NCBI GenBank assembly: GCA_049324715.1
Contig: JBMOMR010000049.1
Coordinates: 8,026 to 72,025, forward strand
DNA length: 64,000 nucleotides
Direction: 5' to 3'
Origin: Chloroflexota bacterium
GTDB taxonomy: Bacteria; Chloroflexota; Anaerolineae; Anaerolineales; Villigracilaceae
In this document: in pieces, positions 55,246-64,000 of the stretch
How the letters are laid out: each line of letters opens with the position of its first letter
Position numbering within the stretch: the stretch's first letter is position 1
The notes under the pieces: model-generated
The model's input: the letters and a program-made list of their open reading frames with translations, nothing else
Told to the model about the DNA's origin: nothing
Database searches by the model: none
Made by a program: the position numbers and the translations under genes

Positions 55246-55593
55246 TTAGATAAAGTTGGCGATTTGGCGGGCACAGGTTTCGGCGGTTGCGTAAGTGTCT
55301 TTGAATTGTTCTTCTGTGATGTACTTCAGGTCGAGAGCAACATAGAGCTGAGCGCGTACTTCGCCAGCAGAGGCACGTGCCATACCAAGGAAATTGATGA
55401 ACTGTACATCCGTGCGGCTTTCAAACCCTTCGGCGATATTGCTCATCACAGAGACACTTGCCCTGCGAATCTGGTCGCGTAGCCCAAAATCCTTGTTAAA
55501 ACCAATCAGGTTTGTATACGCATAAATCGAATTAATCAAATGACGTGCCGTCTTCCATGCCTCGATGTCTTCAAAACGAGAAATTACGGCCAT
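55246..55593 (-). CDS. Four-helix-bundle protein (23S rRNA intervening-sequence-type)
   Basis: The N-terminal FEDIEAWKTARHL…IAEGFESRTD…NFLGMARASAGEVRAQL is the TIGR02436 pattern; GC is below its neighbours. Confidence 0.7.
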   Translation of the reverse strand: MAVISRFEDIEAWKTARHLINSIYAYTNLIGFNKDFGLRDQIRRASVSVMSNIAEGFESRTDVQFINFLGMARASAGEVRAQLYVALDLKYITEEQFKDTYATAETCARQIANFI

Positions 55594-55644
55594 GATTTTT
55601 CATCTCCTTGGAAGTGTTTTTGACTTTGGACCTTCGACCTTTGA

Positions 55645-56106
55645 CTAATTCGGATGAACAATCACAACCGCCTCCTCCGCCGCCAGCCCTTCCAATTGCT
55701 CGCGGCTGGGACGGCGCGGAAGTCCATGCGCTTTCTCCATAATGAGTCCGATCATGTGCGGATGACGCTGGAGACGGACTTCGAGAAAATCGGCAAAGCG
55801 GCTCGGATCGGTGACCACTTCGGCCTGGCCTTCGAGGCGTTTCGCACCGACGCGGATTTCCACGCGTGGATCGGACTGGATGTTGCGGACCCAGTCTGCT
55901 TTCCGTCCGCGCGCCGCGCCGAGGTAGTAATCGTCGCCGATTTTTTCGTACTGTAAAGGCGTGACTCGCTTGAGGCCAGACTTGCGTCCCGTGGTCGTCA
56001 GAAGGAGGATGATCCTGCCGATGAGCGGTCCCAGCCCGAGGGCGTAGAGGACGCGATGGATCTTTTGGATGTGTTTCATTTTTGTCCAATCGAACGGGGG
56101 ACTCAT
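55645..56106 (-). CDS. Deazaflavin-dependent nitroreductase-family protein (DUF385/PNPOx-like)
   Basis: LLLLTTTGRKSGLKRVTPLQYEKIGDDYYLGAARGRKADWVRNIQSDPRVEIRVG follows the DUF385 pattern. Confidence 0.65.
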   Translation of the reverse strand: MSPPFDWTKMKHIQKIHRVLYALGLGPLIGRIILLLTTTGRKSGLKRVTPLQYEKIGDDYYLGAARGRKADWVRNIQSDPRVEIRVGAKRLEGQAEVVTDPSRFADFLEVRLQRHPHMIGLIMEKAHGLPRRPSREQLEGLAAEEAVVIVHPN

Positions 56107-56184
56107 GGTGTACTCCTTTCCACGAGGATGGTCACAGATCGAAAGTCAAAAGTCAAACCGACCTTCGACCTGTGACTTTTGACT

Positions 56185-57612
56185 TTATTGAAAAACAACA
56201 TCCGCGGGCATGCCGATCTTCAGCTGGCCTTCCGCGTCGGCGACGCTCAACTTGATGGCATAGACCGTCGAACTGCGCCCATCCACCGTCTGCACATTAC
56301 GCGGGGTGAACTCGGCCTTGTCGGAGATCTGGATCACGGTCGCGGTAAAGCTCGCCCCGGGGAACGAATCCACCGTAACTGTGGCCTGTTGTCCCAACGC
56401 GATCTGTCCGTAACGGTCTTCGGGGATGTAAACGGTAATGGTCAGGTTGCCAAGTTCACCAACAACAAAGGCGGTCGAGCCTGGTTGGAGAAAAACGCCA
56501 ACCTCCGCATTACGCGTCAACACGACGCCATCGATCGGCGCGGTGATGGTCAGTTTGGACATTTGCGTATCGATCAAGGCCAGGCTGGCTTCGGCCTGCT
56601 GGACCGCGCCTCCCGCCTGTCCCAGGGCGGCATTGGCCTGCTCCAGGGCGGCCGCGGCGATCTTGACCTGCGGGGAGTATTCGCCCGTCTGCAGGCGGGT
56701 CAACGTGTCGAACGCGACCTCGTAGCGTTCGCGTGCAACTGACAAAGCCGCGCGGGCGGTGAGCACAGCATCGGCGGCATCGGTATCCAGCAATTCATCA
56801 TAGGCTTTCTGCGCTTCGTCCAATTCGGACTCTGCCAGATCGAGAGAATCCTGGGCGGCCGTCACCACGTCGCTAACGCCGCTGAGACTTTTCGCGATCT
56901 CGATCTTCGTCCGATAGGTGGAAAAATGAGGCGGCATCTCAATGTCATCGGGGCTGACGGTTCCGCCCGTGACCTGCGAGCGGTCGTACACAGCTTTCGC
57001 GACCAGATACCCGACCCTCGCTTCCGCCAGACGGGTCTCCGCCTCCACAAAATCGGCGTTCTTCAAGTCACTGATGACGGCATCGAGATCGCTCTGGGTC
57101 TTGACCAGACTCTCGCTGGCGGCCTTCACTTCAGCCTGTGCGGCGGCAATCTGCTCGGCCTGCGAGAAATACCACAGAGGCTGGTCAAACTGCGAAGGGG
57201 CGCGATAGACCCAATCCGACAGGCGGGCGGATCCCTGCTGGGCCCGCGCGGAGACCAGCGCCGCGTCGTATTGCGCCTTCGCGAGGGACTGTGCGCTTTG
57301 CGCTGTCAGCAGGGCGTTTCGGGCAGATTCGACCTGGGCGGCCGCGACCGCGCGTTGGGCAGTCAGCAGGCTCGGGTCCAGACGAAGAAGCGGGTCGCCC
57401 TTCCGAACGGCCTGCCCCTCGTCGACGAGGATTTCCGTCACCCTGCCCGCGAGTTCAGGCGCGACGTTCACCTGGGTCGCTTCGATGGTGCCTGAGGCAG
57501 TGATCTGACCGTTATCCTGATTGAGAATTTGCGAGGCGACGAAGTAAACGCCGATGATGACCAGCACGGCAATGACAACAATGGCGGGAAGCGGCGGACG
57601 TTTGTGGTTCAT
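56185..57612 (-). CDS. HlyD-family periplasmic adaptor / secretion protein
   Basis: N-terminal TM helix, long coiled coil, C-terminal beta-barrel (QLKIGMPADVVF). Confidence 0.8.
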   Translation of the reverse strand: MNHKRPPLPAIVVIAVLVIIGVYFVASQILNQDNGQITASGTIEATQVNVAPELAGRVTEILVDEGQAVRKGDPLLRLDPSLLTAQRAVAAAQVESARNALLTAQSAQSLAKAQYDAALVSARAQQGSARLSDWVYRAPSQFDQPLWYFSQAEQIAAAQAEVKAASESLVKTQSDLDAVISDLKNADFVEAETRLAEARVGYLVAKAVYDRSQVTGGTVSPDDIEMPPHFSTYRTKIEIAKSLSGVSDVVTAAQDSLDLAESELDEAQKAYDELLDTDAADAVLTARAALSVARERYEVAFDTLTRLQTGEYSPQVKIAAAALEQANAALGQAGGAVQQAEASLALIDTQMSKLTITAPIDGVVLTRNAEVGVFLQPGSTAFVVGELGNLTITVYIPEDRYGQIALGQQATVTVDSFPGASFTATVIQISDKAEFTPRNVQTVDGRSSTVYAIKLSVADAEGQLKIGMPADVVFQ

Positions 57613-57688
57613 GGTGAGTCTCCTTGGAAATTGCCCTTCGATCGCGGGTCCCAGCGAACACGCGACCCTCCGTTCAGGGCGGGGGATT

Positions 57689-58816
57689 TTAGTCCAGGCG
57701 TTTGCGGAAGCGCAACGCGGCGGCGGTCATGATGGCAACTGCAAAAAAGGTCATCGCGATGACGTCGGTCTGGATCATGGCAAGTCCGACACCCTTCAAC
57801 AGGAGGGATCGCAGAATGACAAGGTAGTAACGCAACGGCATCAAATAGGATATCCACTGCAAGACTTTGGGCATGGCTTCGAGAGGGAAGAAGAAGCCAG
57901 AGAGGAAGATGCTCGGCAGAAGCGTCATCCAGACGGTGAGCATGGCTTCCTGTTGGGTGTTGGCGATAGTGGACGCGAACAAGCCAATGCCAAGCCCTGT
58001 AACAAGGAATACCAGCGAGAGCAGGATGATGAGTCCGATATCGCCGCGGATGGGCATTCCGAACCACCAGTGACCGACGGCCATCACCTCGAGGGTGTTA
58101 AAGAATCCGAGAATGACGTAGGGCATGAGCTTGCCGACGATCAATTCCCATGGACGGATGGGCGTGACGATGAGTTGCTCGATGGTGCCGCGTTCGCGTT
58201 CACGCACAACAGAGGTGGCGGTCAGGATGGCAGCGATGGCGAAAAGCACCATGCCGATCACCCCAGGGATCATGAAGTGCGCGCTGATCATATCGGGGTT
58301 GTACCAGACGGTGGTGTGGACCTGCACGGGAGGCTGGACGCGCAAGTCCATTCCCGTGCGCGCAATGCGTTCGACGAGAATCTGGGTGGCATGGGACTGG
58401 CTGATGAGTTGCGCGGCAGAGAGGGCGGTGGAGGCGCTGGTCGGGTCGGAACCGTCGAGGATGAACGCGACCTGGGCCGTGCCATCTGCAAGTCGATGGG
58501 CGTAATCGGGCGGGATGATGACCGCGGCACGCGCGTCGCCTCGCGAGATCAGTTGCTCGATCTCCGCCTCAGACTGGACATCATACGCGATCCGAAAATA
58601 ATCTGCGGCACGATAGGAATCGAGCAGGGCGCGCGACTCGGGACTGCGACTCTGGTCCAAAACGGCCAGCGGGATGTTGCGCACGTCACTGGTGGCGGAA
58701 TATCCCAGCAGGAATAACTGCATGATCGGGATGACCAGGATCATCACCAGCGTGCGCGTGTCGCGGAAGATCTGGATGAATTCCTTGCGGATGATGGAGA
58801 GGAGGCGGGTATTCAT
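57689..58816 (-). CDS. ABC-2 type transporter permease
   Basis: An N-terminal periplasmic domain followed by six TM helices; ABC-2 family pattern. Confidence 0.8.
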   Translation of the reverse strand: MNTRLLSIIRKEFIQIFRDTRTLVMILVIPIMQLFLLGYSATSDVRNIPLAVLDQSRSPESRALLDSYRAADYFRIAYDVQSEAEIEQLISRGDARAAVIIPPDYAHRLADGTAQVAFILDGSDPTSASTALSAAQLISQSHATQILVERIARTGMDLRVQPPVQVHTTVWYNPDMISAHFMIPGVIGMVLFAIAAILTATSVVRERERGTIEQLIVTPIRPWELIVGKLMPYVILGFFNTLEVMAVGHWWFGMPIRGDIGLIILLSLVFLVTGLGIGLFASTIANTQQEAMLTVWMTLLPSIFLSGFFFPLEAMPKVLQWISYLMPLRYYLVILRSLLLKGVGLAMIQTDVIAMTFFAVAIMTAAALRFRKRLD

Positions 58817-58910
58817 GGGGACTCCGTTGAAAAGGATGAATGCGGAAGGATGAAGGATGAATGTTCAATGCAGGCAGCTATAGACCGATGCGGTTTTCAT
58901 CCTTCATAAT

Positions 58911-59528
58911 TCATCCTTCATCCTTAAGAATGCCGTGCAGATAAATATCCATGTAAGTGTCTGCGGCGTCTTTTGGCATAAGTTTGCTGATCACGGAATT
59001 GGCTGTGACCATCTCCGTAACGAAATACGAGATGATCATGCCGAAGAATGAACGCAGAAACATGGCGGGGTTGTTGATTCGCAATCCCTTGCGGACTTTC
59101 AACATCTGCTCGAAGATGGGCAACACCTTCGGGGCGATCTCCTTGAACATGCTCGCGCCGTGTCTGCCGCTGAATTCCACCATCTCGATCATCATAAGCT
59201 TGATGTAAACAGGATTGTTGCCAAGTTCAGTCACCGTGATCTTGAATGCGTTCCGCAGGAACTCCTCGGCGGTTTCGCCGGGCGCTTCCATGACCAGCGG
59301 CAAAATGAGTCTGTAGGGATGCTTATCCACAACAATGGCTTCGAATATCTCTTCCTTACTGGCAAAGTGATTGTAGATTCCGCCCAGCGCCAGTCCCGCA
59401 CGTTCAGCGATCTGCCGCATGGACGTGGCGTGGTAGCCCTGCTCCATGAACAATTCGATCGCCGCGTCTTCGATGGCAAGGCGGGTGGTTTCACCTTTGG
59501 TGGGAGTGTCTTTCGGTTTGGGAGACAT
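58911..59528 (-). CDS. TetR/AcrR family transcriptional regulator
   Basis: The N-terminal HTH is RLAIEDAAIELFMEQGYHATSMRQIAERAGLALGGIYNHF. Confidence 0.85.
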   Translation of the reverse strand: MSPKPKDTPTKGETTRLAIEDAAIELFMEQGYHATSMRQIAERAGLALGGIYNHFASKEEIFEAIVVDKHPYRLILPLVMEAPGETAEEFLRNAFKITVTELGNNPVYIKLMMIEMVEFSGRHGASMFKEIAPKVLPIFEQMLKVRKGLRINNPAMFLRSFFGMIISYFVTEMVTANSVISKLMPKDAADTYMDIYLHGILKDEG

Positions 59529-59550
59529 TATTCCTTCTTGTACAAAAATG

Positions 59551-59564
59551 AACGAACGTTCGTT
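59551..59564. promoter_or_regulatory. Perfect 14-bp palindrome AACGAACGTTCGTT immediately upstream of tetR, a candidate operator
   Basis: Lies 23 nt upstream of the tetR start codon. Confidence 0.55.
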
Positions 59565-59938
59565 TTTATTTTACGCCAACCCATCCGTTTGTCAAGGCTT
59601 GCAAAGCGGTAAAATATTCCCCCGATGAAAAGGTCTTCGCTTCTCTTGTATCTCCTGCTCGGATCGATATTGCTCTGCCTGATTGCGACACAACTCCAAC
59701 CTGTCCTGCTCCGAACATTGGATGCGGTGGACGGGAGTTTTGGTCTGCGCCCCATGACCCACCAGTGTGCGGGACTCAGACTGACGGGCGGGGCGGTGTC
59801 TGCGCGATTCCCATCCGCAGATTGGGAGGGGACGATCGGGTTTTTCCACGTCCGCTACTTCGTCACGCGTGATGCGATGGACCGGGACTTTTGTCTCGGG
59901 CAGGATGTCTGGTTCGGCGAGTGAGTATAATCAGGCGC

Positions 59939-60712
59939 ATGTCCAAGATCCTTCTCCCCTTATTGCTAGCGCTCTGCATCGTTTTATCGTCTTGCGCGTC
60001 CCCCGCGACCGCGACCGTCACACCCACCATCGTTTCGTCCACAGACACCGCGACACCCCTTCCACCGAGCGACACGCCCACGCCAACCGACACAGCGACA
60101 CCGGTCCCACCCACTGCAACTCCACTTCCCACCGAGACCGTCACTCCATCACCAGTTCCAATCGTGGAGAGCCTGAAGGCCGTCGTCAACACCAATTTGC
60201 TCAGTTGCCGCTACGGCCCGGGCGCGGAATATCTTTATCTTGACGGGTTCCTCCAGGGCCTGAACGTCAGATTGGTCGGTTGGACGGGAGGCAGTAACTG
60301 GGTCTGGGTAAAAGGCGACAAGCGAAACTGCTGGGTCAACGCCAAATTCCTGGACATCGAGGGCGATTTCAAAACCCTGCCGGTCGTCTACCCGGACCTT
60401 GCACCGCTTCCCGAATCCCCCTATTACTCCCCGTCCACGGTGTTAAGCGCCAACCGCGATGGCAACAAAGTGACCATCATTTGGCTCGGGGTTCCCGTCA
60501 GCCCGGGCGATTACGAAAAACCCAACATGTTCATCTACGTGATCGAGGTCTGGCGCTGTGAAGGCGGACAACTCATCTTCGATCCGCTGTTTGCCAATTA
60601 CGAAACCATCTCGTTCATTGACGAACCAGGCTGTGCCCAGCCATCGCATGGCCGTGTATTCGTGCAGGAAAAACACGGCTACGCGGGACCCGCTGAGATC
60701 CCCTGGCCGTAA
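59939..60712 (+). CDS. Lipoprotein with a TP-rich linker and an SH3-like domain; paralog of 63105..63881
   Basis: Lipobox LSSCAS; CRYGPGAEY…NWVWV is an SH3_3-like pattern; the conserved C-terminus is EPGCAQPSHGRVF…GYAGPAEIPWP. Confidence 0.55.
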   Translation: MSKILLPLLLALCIVLSSCASPATATVTPTIVSSTDTATPLPPSDTPTPTDTATPVPPTATPLPTETVTPSPVPIVESLKAVVNTNLLSCRYGPGAEYLYLDGFLQGLNVRLVGWTGGSNWVWVKGDKRNCWVNAKFLDIEGDFKTLPVVYPDLAPLPESPYYSPSTVLSANRDGNKVTIIWLGVPVSPGDYEKPNMFIYVIEVWRCEGGQLIFDPLFANYETISFIDEPGCAQPSHGRVFVQEKHGYAGPAEIPWP

Positions 60713-60772
60713 ACTGTAGTGACGATTTCACAGTGTATAATTGCATCCAATCTTGCAGATAAGGAAAAAGGG

Positions 60773-61366
60773 ATGACTGATCTTACCTGGATCGAAATCA
60801 TCTACTGGGCATCAACAATAATCGGCGGGACTCTTTTCATCCTCCGTTTGATCATGCTGTTTATCGGGGGCGGAGTCAGTGACGATGGGCTTGACTCGGC
60901 CCTTGACGCGAACATCGACGCGGGCCACACCGATCTGGCCGATCATCACGGGGACGCAGATGTAAGTTTCAAATTGTTATCTCTCCAAGGATTGACCTCC
61001 TTCTTCATGATGTTCGGTCTGGTTGGACTGGCCCTGCTAAAGGCGGGATTGCCCGTGCTATTGACCGTGCTCGGCGGAATTATTGCAGGCCTCGGCACAG
61101 TCACCATCATCAGTCTGATATTCACCCAGATGAAACGACTCCAAACCGATGGGACGGTTAACATCCAGAACACCATCGGGCAGGATGGGAATGTGTACCT
61201 GACCATCCCCAAAAACGGATCGGGGCAGGTGCAGATCATCGTGCAGGGATCGCTGAAGATTTTCGATGCGGTTTCCAGCAACAAGAATCCAATTTCCACG
61301 GGCGAGAAGATCCACGTTGTAGGCGTGGCGGGTGGCAACACCCTGATCGTGGAAAAAACCAAGTAG
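60773..61366 (+). CDS. NfeD-family membrane protein (short YuaF-like form with a C-terminal OB fold)
   Basis: RBS AAGGAAAAAGGG; two TM segments; the C-terminal beta-rich domain is GSGQVQIIVQGSLKIFDAVS; sits immediately upstream of the flotillin gene. Confidence 0.65.
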   Translation: MTDLTWIEIIYWASTIIGGTLFILRLIMLFIGGGVSDDGLDSALDANIDAGHTDLADHHGDADVSFKLLSLQGLTSFFMMFGLVGLALLKAGLPVLLTVLGGIIAGLGTVTIISLIFTQMKRLQTDGTVNIQNTIGQDGNVYLTIPKNGSGQVQIIVQGSLKIFDAVSSNKNPISTGEKIHVVGVAGGNTLIVEKTK

Positions 61367-61384
61367 GCCCAGGAGGAGCACCCA

Positions 61385-62995
61385 ATGAATGCTGCAGGTT
61401 TTGGAATACTTTCACTGATCGCTTTTATCGTACTGGCCTTCTTCACGGTGGCCTTCATGGCCAGCCGCTACAAACGCTGTCCATCGGACAAGATCCTTGT
61501 CATTTACGGACGCGTGGAAAAAGGCCGCTCCAGCAAAACGACCCACGGCGGCGGCGCGTTCGTCTGGCCGCTCATTCAGGATTACGCCTACCTGAGTCTG
61601 ACGCCCATCACGATCAACATCCCGCTGGAGAACGCGCTCTCCCTGCAAAACATCCGCATCAACGTGCCGAGCACGTTTACCGTGGGCGTCAGCACTGCGC
61701 CCGAGATCATGAGCAACGCGGCCGAAAGGATCCTGCGCCTGCCGCAGAATGCCATCGAGGAAATGGCCAAGGAGATCATCTTCGGCCAGTTGCGTCTGAC
61801 GGTCGCCTCCCTGACCATCGAGCAGATCAACCAAGACCGCGAGAGTTTCCTCGAGGCCATCCGCCGCAACGTGGAGCCCGAACTCAACAAGATCGGTCTG
61901 CAACTCATCAACGTCAACATCACCGACATCACCGACGCGTCCGATTACATCGCCAGCATCGGTAAGAAAGCCGCATCGGAGGCGATCAACCAGGCAAAAG
62001 TTGACGTTGCGCAACAAACCAAACACGGCGCCATTGGTGAAGCGCTTGCAATTCAGGAACAGGAAATCAAAGTCGCCCAGGCTATGGCCGAAGCCGAGAT
62101 CGGACGCAAGACTGCGGACGCCAACCAGCGCAAGAAGGTGCAGGAACAGGAAGCCGACGCGGTGCAGGGCGAAAACACCGCCAACGCCAACATCGCCAAA
62201 TACAACGCCAACCTCGAGATCGAGCGCGCCAAAGCCAGCGCCGATTCCGAAAAGGGAAAGAAATCCGCCGAGGCCGACCAGCGTATCTTCGTTCAGGAAC
62301 AGGAAGCGCAAGCCATCAAAGGCGAGAACACGTCCAAGGCAAACATCGCCAGCTATAACGCCGAATTGGAAGTGAAACGCGCGGCGGCATTGAAACAGGC
62401 TGAAGTCGCGCGCTTCGAAGCGCAGGTTGCCATCCAGCAGGCGCTTTACAAGGCCGAACAGGAACGCCTGCGAGCGGAGGAAGTTGTCCGCCAAGAGATC
62501 GAGAAGAACAAGGTCGAGATTGCTGCGGAGGCCCAGGCAGAACGGACCCGCCGCGAGGCCAAAGGCGAAGCGGACGGCATCCTCGCCAGGTATCAGGCCG
62601 AGGCCGAAGGTATGCGCAAATTGCTCGAAGCCAAGGCGGATGGCTATCGCCGCCTGGTGGAAAGCGTGGGCGGGGACGCGCAAGCCGCATCCACGTTGCT
62701 GATGATCGAAAAACTCGAAGAACTTGTCGCACGCCAGGTGGAAGCCATCAGCAACCTCAAGATCGACAAGATCACCGTCTGGGACTCGGGCGGCAATGGC
62801 GACGGTTCCTCCACTTCGAATTTCATCGCCAACCTGTTCAAGAGCCTGCCGCCGCTCCAGGAGATCTCCGAAATGGCGGGGGTTCAATTGCCAGAATATC
62901 TCGGCAAGGTCAAAGGCCAGGAGACGACGGTGGTATCGGCAGATCCCACGGAGGCAGAGGATGCCCCGCCGCCATCCAAGGGGAAAGCCAAGTGA
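61385..62995 (+). CDS. Flotillin-like SPFH protein (FloT/YuaG-like)
   Basis: N-terminal TM helix, SPFH domain and long Ala/Glu-rich flotillin repeats (EAQ…AEA); 536 aa. Confidence 0.85.
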   Translation: MNAAGFGILSLIAFIVLAFFTVAFMASRYKRCPSDKILVIYGRVEKGRSSKTTHGGGAFVWPLIQDYAYLSLTPITINIPLENALSLQNIRINVPSTFTVGVSTAPEIMSNAAERILRLPQNAIEEMAKEIIFGQLRLTVASLTIEQINQDRESFLEAIRRNVEPELNKIGLQLINVNITDITDASDYIASIGKKAASEAINQAKVDVAQQTKHGAIGEALAIQEQEIKVAQAMAEAEIGRKTADANQRKKVQEQEADAVQGENTANANIAKYNANLEIERAKASADSEKGKKSAEADQRIFVQEQEAQAIKGENTSKANIASYNAELEVKRAAALKQAEVARFEAQVAIQQALYKAEQERLRAEEVVRQEIEKNKVEIAAEAQAERTRREAKGEADGILARYQAEAEGMRKLLEAKADGYRRLVESVGGDAQAASTLLMIEKLEELVARQVEAISNLKIDKITVWDSGGNGDGSSTSNFIANLFKSLPPLQEISEMAGVQLPEYLGKVKGQETTVVSADPTEAEDAPPPSKGKAK

Positions 62996-63104
62996 TGGAC
63001 TCAAAAAGTTTTACAAGGAAGGCCCGGCGCTCGCCGGGTCTTCCTTTTCACTCATACTTTCATCAGTTAGAATGTAAGATGAAAACCTATCGACAAGGAG
63101 CATC

Positions 63105-63881
63105 ATGAAGAAGAAAATAATCCTCCTATTCAGCCTGTTTATCGTGACCCTCTCCGCCTGCGGAGGCGCGGACTCGACTCCAGACCCCGCGCTCGACCCC
63201 GCCATTGCGATGACCGCGGCCTTCGCCACTGTGAACGCGTCCTTCACCCAGACCGCGCAGGCCATCCCGACCACGCCTCCCCTTCCCACGGAGACGCCCA
63301 CAGCCACCGCGCTTCCACAACCAGCCGAATTTGTGCCGACCAATACCATCCCCATCACCATCACGGCACCGGCGAACTGCCGCTTCGGACCCGATACCGT
63401 GTACATCGGCCCGGGCGGATTGCGCACCGGCAAGACCCTGGAAGCGATCGGCCGCGACACCAGCGGACAGTGGCTGCTCGTCCGCGAGGCGGGCGGGAAG
63501 AATTCCTGCTGGGTTAACGTTATCGCCATGAGCGTGCAAGGAGACATCAACACGCTGTCCCTTGCGCCCGTCAGCCTGCTTTTTACCGCAGGATACCCGT
63601 CCCCCGCCAACGTCACTGCGACACGCAACGTGGACCAGGTCACCATCAGTTGGGCGGAAGTCCCTCTCCAACCCAAGGACACCCATCCCGAAGGCCGTTA
63701 TTTCCTTGAAATGTGGCTATGCGCCAACGGCACGCTGACGTACACTCTGCGCTCCACCAACGACCTGACCATCACCGTCATTGACCAGCCCGGATGCGCC
63801 GAGGCTTCGCACGGGCAAATCTACACTGCCACCCGCATTGGCTATTCCCAGCCAGCCGTTATTCCCTGGCCCACACCTTAG
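63105..63881 (+). CDS. Lipoprotein with an SH3-like domain; paralog of 59939..60712
   Basis: Lipobox LSACGG; CRFGPDTVY…SCWVNV; C-terminal QPGCAEASHGQIY…GYSQPAVIPWP. Confidence 0.55.
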   Translation: MKKKIILLFSLFIVTLSACGGADSTPDPALDPAIAMTAAFATVNASFTQTAQAIPTTPPLPTETPTATALPQPAEFVPTNTIPITITAPANCRFGPDTVYIGPGGLRTGKTLEAIGRDTSGQWLLVREAGGKNSCWVNVIAMSVQGDINTLSLAPVSLLFTAGYPSPANVTATRNVDQVTISWAEVPLQPKDTHPEGRYFLEMWLCANGTLTYTLRSTNDLTITVIDQPGCAEASHGQIYTATRIGYSQPAVIPWPTP

Positions 63882-63902
63882 AAAAATCAAACTCCGCTTT
63901 AA

Positions 63903-63942
63903 AAATCCCGCTGAAAGGCGGGATTTTTATTGGAAATATCCA
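63903..63942 (+). terminator. Rho-independent terminator
   Basis: AAATCCCGC-TGAAA-GGCGGGATTT followed by TTATT. Confidence 0.8.
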
Positions 63943-64000
63943 AAATAGTATTGACAAAATAAATATATGCTTTTAGAATACGAAACGTTGGTTCAAAAAT

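Noticed and set aside
61412-63004. 530-aa - strand ORF
   Set aside because: It is antisense to the flotillin gene.

Overview
This is a 64 kb, high-GC (about 60-65%) bacterial chromosomal window. The TP-rich linkers, an isopentenyl-phosphate kinase, RodZ-like genes and Lys/Ala-rich low-complexity tails suggest a Chloroflexota-like origin, but that is inference only. No rRNA, tRNA or CRISPR was recognised.

Housekeeping genes are interleaved with three accessory regions:
1. 5.7-8.3 kb: a YefM/RelE toxin-antitoxin pair next to a lower-GC three-gene island encoding secreted and membrane proteins, including a Cys-rich secreted peptide.
2. 17.8-33.2 kb: a large cluster of four Crp/Fnr regulators and at least nine membrane proteins in three paralogous families. 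It also holds a NapH-like 4Fe-4S membrane protein with a coupled 49-aa small ORF, a 12-TM protein coupled to a non-catalytic FGE-like lipoprotein, and a UbiA/heme-O-synthase-like prenyltransferase. The intergenic regions carry CRP/FNR-type boxes and several conserved repeat and palindrome elements.
3. 35.9-42.5 kb: a markedly low-GC island. It encodes a TIR domain fused to a non-catalytic FGE/SUMF1-like domain, a PHP phosphoesterase, and an operon of two membrane SPFH (band-7) proteins plus a LexA-like S24 peptidase with a novel Cys4 N-terminal domain. This is the best candidate for an undescribed defence or stress system.

Other notable content:
- Two more FGE-like Cys-rich lipoproteins.
- A TetR-controlled ABC/HlyD exporter operon interrupted by a four-helix-bundle (23S IVS-type) gene and a DUF385 reductase, both flanked by GGTCGAAGGTC repeats.
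- An NfeD-flotillin pair bracketed by paralogous SH3-like lipoproteins.

Other genes include Lon (partial), FolC, a sugar ABC importer, MurJ, RimO, two RodZ-like HTH proteins, L9, three Crp paralogs, PsuK/PsuG, IPK and Fhs with an H1-like Lys-rich N-terminal extension.
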